DNA from: Terriglobia bacterium
Lineage (GTDB): Bacteria > Acidobacteriota > Terriglobia > 20CM-2-55-15
Length of the DNA: 64,000 nucleotides
NCBI GenBank assembly: GCA_965198225.1
Contig: CBDAOY010000008.1
Location: 608,001-672,000 of the forward strand
Direction of reading: 5' to 3'
Both the position numbers and the translations under genes were made by a program. Shown piece after piece: positions 59,335 through 64,000 of the stretch. A model generated the notes under the pieces. It saw only the letters and a list, made by a program, of their open reading frames with translations. It did not search any database and had not been told where the DNA came from. How positions within the stretch are numbered: the stretch's first letter is position 1; every line of letters begins with the position of its first letter.

Positions 59335-60090
59335 TCACTTTCTTCGTCCTTTCTCTTTCTTTGCGGCCGCCATGCGGTAGCTGGAGAGATTCAATTCCAG
59401 AATGACGCTGTGATGCACCAGACGGTCAATCGCTGCCGCGGTGGTCATCGGGTCCTTGAAGATCTTTTCCCAGTCCGAGAAGACCAGGTTCGATGTGATC
59501 AGGATGCTGCGACGTTCGTACCGGTGGGCGAGCAGAGTGAAGAGCACCTCCATTTCGTCGCGGCTGTGCTGGACGTAACCGATGTCATCGACGATGAGGG
59601 CGTCGAACTTGTCGAGCCGCTTGAGTTCCTTCTCCAGCCCGAGCGCGGCCTTGGCCCGCAAGAGCCGCTGGACCAGCAGCGCACATGGAGTGAAGTAGAT
59701 TCTCCGGCCTTTCAGGATGAGTTCATGGCCGAGGGCACAGAGCAGATGGGTCTTGCCGCTGCCCGGGTTACCAAAGGCCAAAACGTTCTCGGTGCGATCC
59801 AGAAAGTCCCCCTCCAGCAACGCATCCACGCGCCGTTGGACGGTTCGGGGCAGTCGCGATTGCTCAAACGCCGGCCAGGTCTTCTCCCGGGGCAGCTTCG
59901 ACGCCCGCGGGAACCGTTCGGTCTTGCGTTGCCGTCGTTCTTCCAGTTCCAGCTCACACAGCGCCAGCAGGTAGCGGTCGTAGGCCCAGCCGTCGTTGGC
60001 GGCCAGCGCGGCCTGAGGGCTGTAGTTGTCGACAAACGCCGGAAGGTGCAACTGGTGCAGCGAGGCAGTGATGGGCTCTTTCACAAGCAT
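59335..60090 (-). CDS. istB: IS21 helper ATPase IstB
   Basis: GNPGSGKTH, LIVDDIGY, RYERRSILITSN and AAIDRLVHH. Confidence 0.93.
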   Translation of the reverse strand: MLVKEPITASLHQLHLPAFVDNYSPQAALAANDGWAYDRYLLALCELELEERRQRKTERFPRASKLPREKTWPAFEQSRLPRTVQRRVDALLEGDFLDRTENVLAFGNPGSGKTHLLCALGHELILKGRRIYFTPCALLVQRLLRAKAALGLEKELKRLDKFDALIVDDIGYVQHSRDEMEVLFTLLAHRYERRSILITSNLVFSDWEKIFKDPMTTAAAIDRLVHHSVILELNLSSYRMAAAKKEKGRRK

Positions 60091-61581
60091 GCCGCCTCCT
60101 GGACCGGATCCAGCAGCTCGTCATAGAGTCGGATCTGGGGTGGGGCAACCCGCACCTGCCAGGGGGATTGGACCGGGCATTGGGCGTCGATGCGCTCCCG
60201 GACCGTGTCCACTGTGATCGGCCGACTTTTATCGATCAGATACCGCAATGCCTGGTGGACCCGGTCTTCACTGTCCAGGGCCGCCATCTGGAGGATCTTC
60301 AGATACTGACGGTCGGCGCTCGTGGGCGCGTGTTCCCGCAACCCGTCATAGGCCACCCGGAACAACAGCCGCGGGAACATGTCCTGCTGGTACCGGTAGT
60401 GTGGAAACGCTCCCGGTTTGCGCACCAGAGAATGAATCACATGTCGGTAGTGGACCGCGTGTTTGCCCGATCCCCGCAGCCGCGGCATCCCTTCGACGCA
60501 TTCCCCGCCGTACCAGACTTCCAGACGCTCGGTGTCCAGGTGAACCTGGACCTGTTCGCCGATCAGCCGGCTATCGACCGAGTAGGTGTTCTTACGCACC
60601 CGAATCGTACTGTCCCCCGATACGCGCACTCGAATGTGATGCGTGTGGTCCAATCGTCGTAGCGGGAGCCGACCGATACAGTCGAGTTCCTCGTTCAGTC
60701 GCTGGCTGCGAATCGCATTACGTTGGTCGATCAACGCCACAAGAAATTGTTCGTAGGCATCCCGGCTCTCGAAGTCCCGGCTCCCACGCAGCAGCAACTC
60801 CTGATCCACGGCCGTCTTGAATCGATAGTGACTCTGCTCGACGTCACCGTTCTCGTGGGCCCGGCCGGCCTGGGTGTGCGTGGCCCCAAGACCATAGTGA
60901 TTGAGCAATCCCTGATAGCGGGCCGTAAACTCATCCGGATCCTTCAGGTTGTTCACCGCGGCCGACAGGCTGTCGGTCCGATGTTCCTGGGGGACGCCTC
61001 CCAGTTGCCACAGCGCATTCTGGAGCCCTGCCGACAGGCTCTCGAACGATTCGGAAAAACACACCGTGACCGTTTCCCAGTTCGAATACGTCAGGACGAA
61101 GTGATACGCCATGTGGTCGAACTTCTGGCCGCCGATCGTCACCATCAGACTCCCCATGTGCGTGAAGTCGCTCTGGCATTGCCGGCCCGGATCATGGACC
61201 TGGGGGAACATCACTTCACGCTCCGGTCCGGATCGAACCCGACGCTGCAGGGTTCGCAATGCTTGGGCAGAATCTCCTGGAACGCAACTGACCTTCCTGA
61301 AACTCTCCCGGATGCTTCCGGCACAGATGCTCGAACATCGTCTTCGCCTGCAGGGTCGGATGCTTGCCCAGAATCTCCTGGATCTGGTCCCACACCCCCT
61401 CAAACGGATCCGGACGGGTTCGCCCGCGTTGCGGCTTCCGCATCTGACTCGGCAGCTGCTTCTTCCGCCGATACTTCCGTGCCGTTTTCTCATCCATTCC
61501 CGCTTTCGCCGCTGCATGGGCCCGTGTCGCTTCCCTTTGTGTCAGCTTCATCAGTCGTCTCACTTGTTGATCGCTTACCAT
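60081..61581 (-). pseudogene. istA: IS21 transposase IstA, frameshifted
   Basis: The N-terminus (MVSDQQVRRLM...AKAGMDEKTARKY) is in one frame and the core (QSDFT, HRTDSLSAAV, HENGDVEQSH) in another, owing to a 28-bp insertion near 61260. Confidence 0.85.
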
Positions 61582-61869
61582 CCAAGCATCTTGCAAAATC
61601 AACAACTTGGCCCGGTAACACTTTGTTGAGGCAACGGGAATTTTGATTGTCGCTGATCAGTGGATCAACAAACGGGGGCAGATCTCCAATCAGAGCATCG
61701 AAATCACCTATCACATGCGGGTCCTTGCTCAGATCTAAAACTACGCAGCGGCTCCATCGAGGATTACTCGACCCTTATAAAGATTCCCTAGCCAGCGCCG
61801 GTCCCCGTTGAAAGTCAGTCAAAGCTGTGCACCGGTCGCGGGGTGGTTCCCATACCTGGTTGCACAAAG

Positions 61870-62397
61870 CCTCAGTGGTCACTTCAAACCCGGCCAAGGA
61901 TGGTAACCGCTTGACCGCCTCGTAGCTGCCCCCGAATCCGTGATCCGAAACCAGATCCTGCCAGATGGCCATCGCGTTGCGGCCACGCATCAGGGCCGGT
62001 TCAATGATCTCCCGGTAGGGCTCCGCACTGGACAAGGACCGAGGCACAGGAGGGATCGTTAACCCATCCAGAACCCGATTCCCGGCCCCAGAGTCGGTGG
62101 TCACCCCGTTGGCCGGTTTTGCCCGAAGCCGTCCCCAGCCTCCGGGTGGCCGCACCGCCACCCCGGCCGCCTTCAGGTAGCCTGAAGCCGTCTCCCGGCG
62201 CACTCCGGTCGTTTGTTCGATCCGTCGGAGCGACCATCCCAGCCGCCCCAATGCAACTACTTGTTCTCGTTTTTCGGCGCTCAGACAGACATTGCTCATG
62301 CCGACGGAGCCTACTCCGTCGCTGTCAATGTCCCGGGCCTTATCGTTGGCCGGTTTTCAAGTGACCACTATTGGCCGGTTTTGGGTGACCGCCGAGG
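61870..62397 (-). mobile_element. Internally deleted IS21 derivative retaining both ends (528 bp)
   Basis: Ends CCTCAGTGGTCACTTCAAACCCGGCCAA and (reverse complement) CCTCGGCGGTCACCCAAAACCGGCCAA; carries only the first ~130 codons of an istA related to 28541. Confidence 0.82.
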
Positions 62398-62405
62398 CAA
62401 AGGAA

Positions 62406-62640
62406 CCAGACTGTGTGAAAACTCACAGGCGGCTCTTGTGCCCGGTATAAATACAATGGGGTATAGCACATATCGCTGGAGAGGGATGCTCACAGCTGCT
62501 TCTTCTGTCGAATTCAACAGACGAATATGTGGGTCCGGAAAACCCGGTTCGATTCATTGATGCATTCGTCGACGGCCTCGACTTGGAAGGCGCAGGGTTC
62601 CAACGGGTGGAGCCGAAAGCAACGGGCGGCACCCCGGCTA
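62406..62640 (+). pseudogene. 5' remnant of an IS1182-family element
   Basis: IR-like CCAGACTGTGTGAAAACTC; manual translation QLLLL...DEYVGPENPVRFIDAFVDGLDL...KATG; cut at CTAG by the next IS. Confidence 0.7.
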
Positions 62641-62641
62641 G

Positions 62642-64000
62642 GAGCCTGTCGGGAATAGATTGGGGATGGGTGGCCACAGAGGTCGGGGAAGAACCGGATG
62701 GGACCTAAGCTGGACGGGTGGATTTGTAGAAGAAGGCATGACGAAAAGCTTCCGATCCGATGACCTGAATCAGAGCTTGTTGATGCCGCCGTCGTTACAC
62801 GACTGGCTTCCGGAAAATCATTTGGCGCGATTTGTGGCCGACCTGGTGGAGACGCTGGATCTGTCGGCGTTTTACCGTTCCTATGAGGCGAAGGATGGAC
62901 GAGGTCAGGCGGCCTACTCCCCGGTGCTGATGGTGCGGTTGTTGGTGTACGGATATTGTACCGGGGTGGTGAGTTCGCGGCAGATCGAGAAACGGACGCA
63001 TGAGGACGTGGCGTTCCGGTATTTGAGTGCGGACACGCATCCGGATCACAGCACGTTCAACGAGTTTCGGAAACGGCATTTGGAGGCGTTGGCGGGACTG
63101 TTTCTGCAAGCGCTGGGATTGTGCCGGAAGGCGGGGCTGGTGAAACTGGGGCATGGGGCGGTCGACGGGACGAAACTCCAGGCGAACGCCAGCAAGCACA
63201 AGGCGATGAGTTATGGGCGGATGAGGGGGGCCGAAGAGACGCTGAAGGCGGAAGTGGAGGAGTTGCTGAAGCGGGCCGAGGCGGTCGACGCGGTCGAGGA
63301 TGAGAAGCAACGGCAAGGACTGACCGACCAGTTGCCGAAGGAATTGGCGCGGCGGGAAAGCCGGTTGAAGAAGATTCGACAGGCCCGGGCGGAATTGGAA
63401 GCGGAAGCCCGGCAGAAGGCGGGGAAGGCGAAGGCGGACGCGGAAGCGCGGATGGCCCAGCGGCGGAAGCAAGAGGAGCGAACGGGGAAGAAGACGGGTG
63501 GAGGCCAACCGCGGGTTCCCGATCCGAAGCAGGCGGCGCCGGATGCGAAGGCGCAGCGCAACTTCACCGATCCGGACAGCCGGATCATGCCCGACGGCGC
63601 GCACAAAGGCAGTTTCGTGCAGGCCTACAATGCCCAGATCGCTGTGGACGATGACACGCAAGTCATCGTCGCGGCCGAGATCACCCAGGACGCCAATGAC
63701 AAAGAGCAACTGGCGCCCATGGTCGCGCAAGTGCGGCGGAACACGGGGACCCGGCCCGTCGCGGTCAGCGCGGATGCCGGGTATTGGAGCCCCAGGCAGG
63801 TGACCGACCCGCGAGCCGCAGGGATCGATTTACACGTGGCCACGGGGCGAGTCCGGACCGGCGCATCCCCGAAGTCTTCCGGCGGCCCGCCCGGAGCGAC
63901 TGAAGGCGCCGGCGTACGGGAGCAAATGAAACAGAAACTGGACAGCGATGTGGGGCGGGCCGTCTACAAGATGCGCAAGGCGATTGTGGAACCGGTATTC
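62642..64000 (+). mobile_element. IS1182-family element, runs off the window
   Basis: Begins GAGCCTGTCGG right after CTAG (62638-62641). Confidence 0.82.
62738..64000 (+). CDS. IS1182-family transposase, 3'-partial (absent from ORF track)
   Basis: Manual translation MTKSFRSDDLNQSLLMPPSLHDWLPENHLARF...YGYCTGVVSSRQIE...AVDGTK...NFTDPDSR...SADAGY. Confidence 0.88.
   Translation, partial: MTKSFRSDDLNQSLLMPPSLHDWLPENHLARFVADLVETLDLSAFYRSYEAKDGRGQAAYSPVLMVRLLVYGYCTGVVSSRQIEKRTHEDVAFRYLSADTHPDHSTFNEFRKRHLEALAGLFLQALGLCRKAGLVKLGHGAVDGTKLQANASKHKAMSYGRMRGAEETLKAEVEELLKRAEAVDAVEDEKQRQGLTDQLPKELARRESRLKKIRQARAELEAEARQKAGKAKADAEARMAQRRKQEERTGKKTGGGQPRVPDPKQAAPDAKAQRNFTDPDSRIMPDGAHKGSFVQAYNAQIAVDDDTQVIVAAEITQDANDKEQLAPMVAQVRRNTGTRPVAVSADAGYWSPRQVTDPRAAGIDLHVATGRVRTGASPKSSGGPPGATEGAGVREQMKQKLDSDVGRAVYKMRKAIVEPVF

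Larger units (their letters stand above)
59249..61659 (-). mobile_element. IS21-family insertion sequence (defective istA)
   Basis: TG...CA ends with imperfect IRs TGTCCAACGTCAATCACAATTCCCG and (reverse complement) TGATCAGCGACAATCAAAATTCCCG; istA-istB operon. Confidence 0.85.

Noticed and set aside
28429-62397. 34-kb composite transposon bounded by two inward-facing related IS21 left ends
   Set aside because: The flanks share no target duplication, the two copies are diverged, and the interval contains a tRNA and independent elements.

Overview
GC-rich bacterial window; the gene families resemble Acidobacteriota, which is an inference. 1-27.8 kb looks like resident chromosome. It holds two convergent paralogous giant NHL-repeat/IPT surface proteins, one of them frameshifted. 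A tightly coupled minus-strand operon encodes a secreted caspase-like (C14)-TPR protein, an Oar-type TonB-dependent receptor, a FecR/DUF928-like protein, a CHASE2 adenylate cyclase and the second NHL protein. A lipid neighbourhood contains an acyltransferase, an SDR, a eukaryote-like alkyl-DHAP synthase and a HAD-IB hydrolase. A GTAG-type REP doublet (REPIN) occurs five times, three of them in a 291-bp tandem array interrupted by an IS21. 28.4-64 kb is accessory DNA. It includes TA pairs, a radical SAM gene and a relic islet at the 3' end of tRNA-Lys(TTT). A deletion-riddled ICE (integrase, Xis, two wHTH/PD-(D/E)xK + ArdC pairs, VirB/VirD4 remnants) lies on the 5' side of that tRNA. It is followed by a doubly inactivated type III-like RM locus and an IS graveyard (IS21, IS6, IS1182, IS1380, IS30, Tn3 relic). 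The best candidates for an undescribed system are the caspase/TBDR/CHASE2-cyclase/NHL trans-envelope operon and the AGPS ether-lipid cluster. All calls come from reading motifs by eye; no database searches were run.
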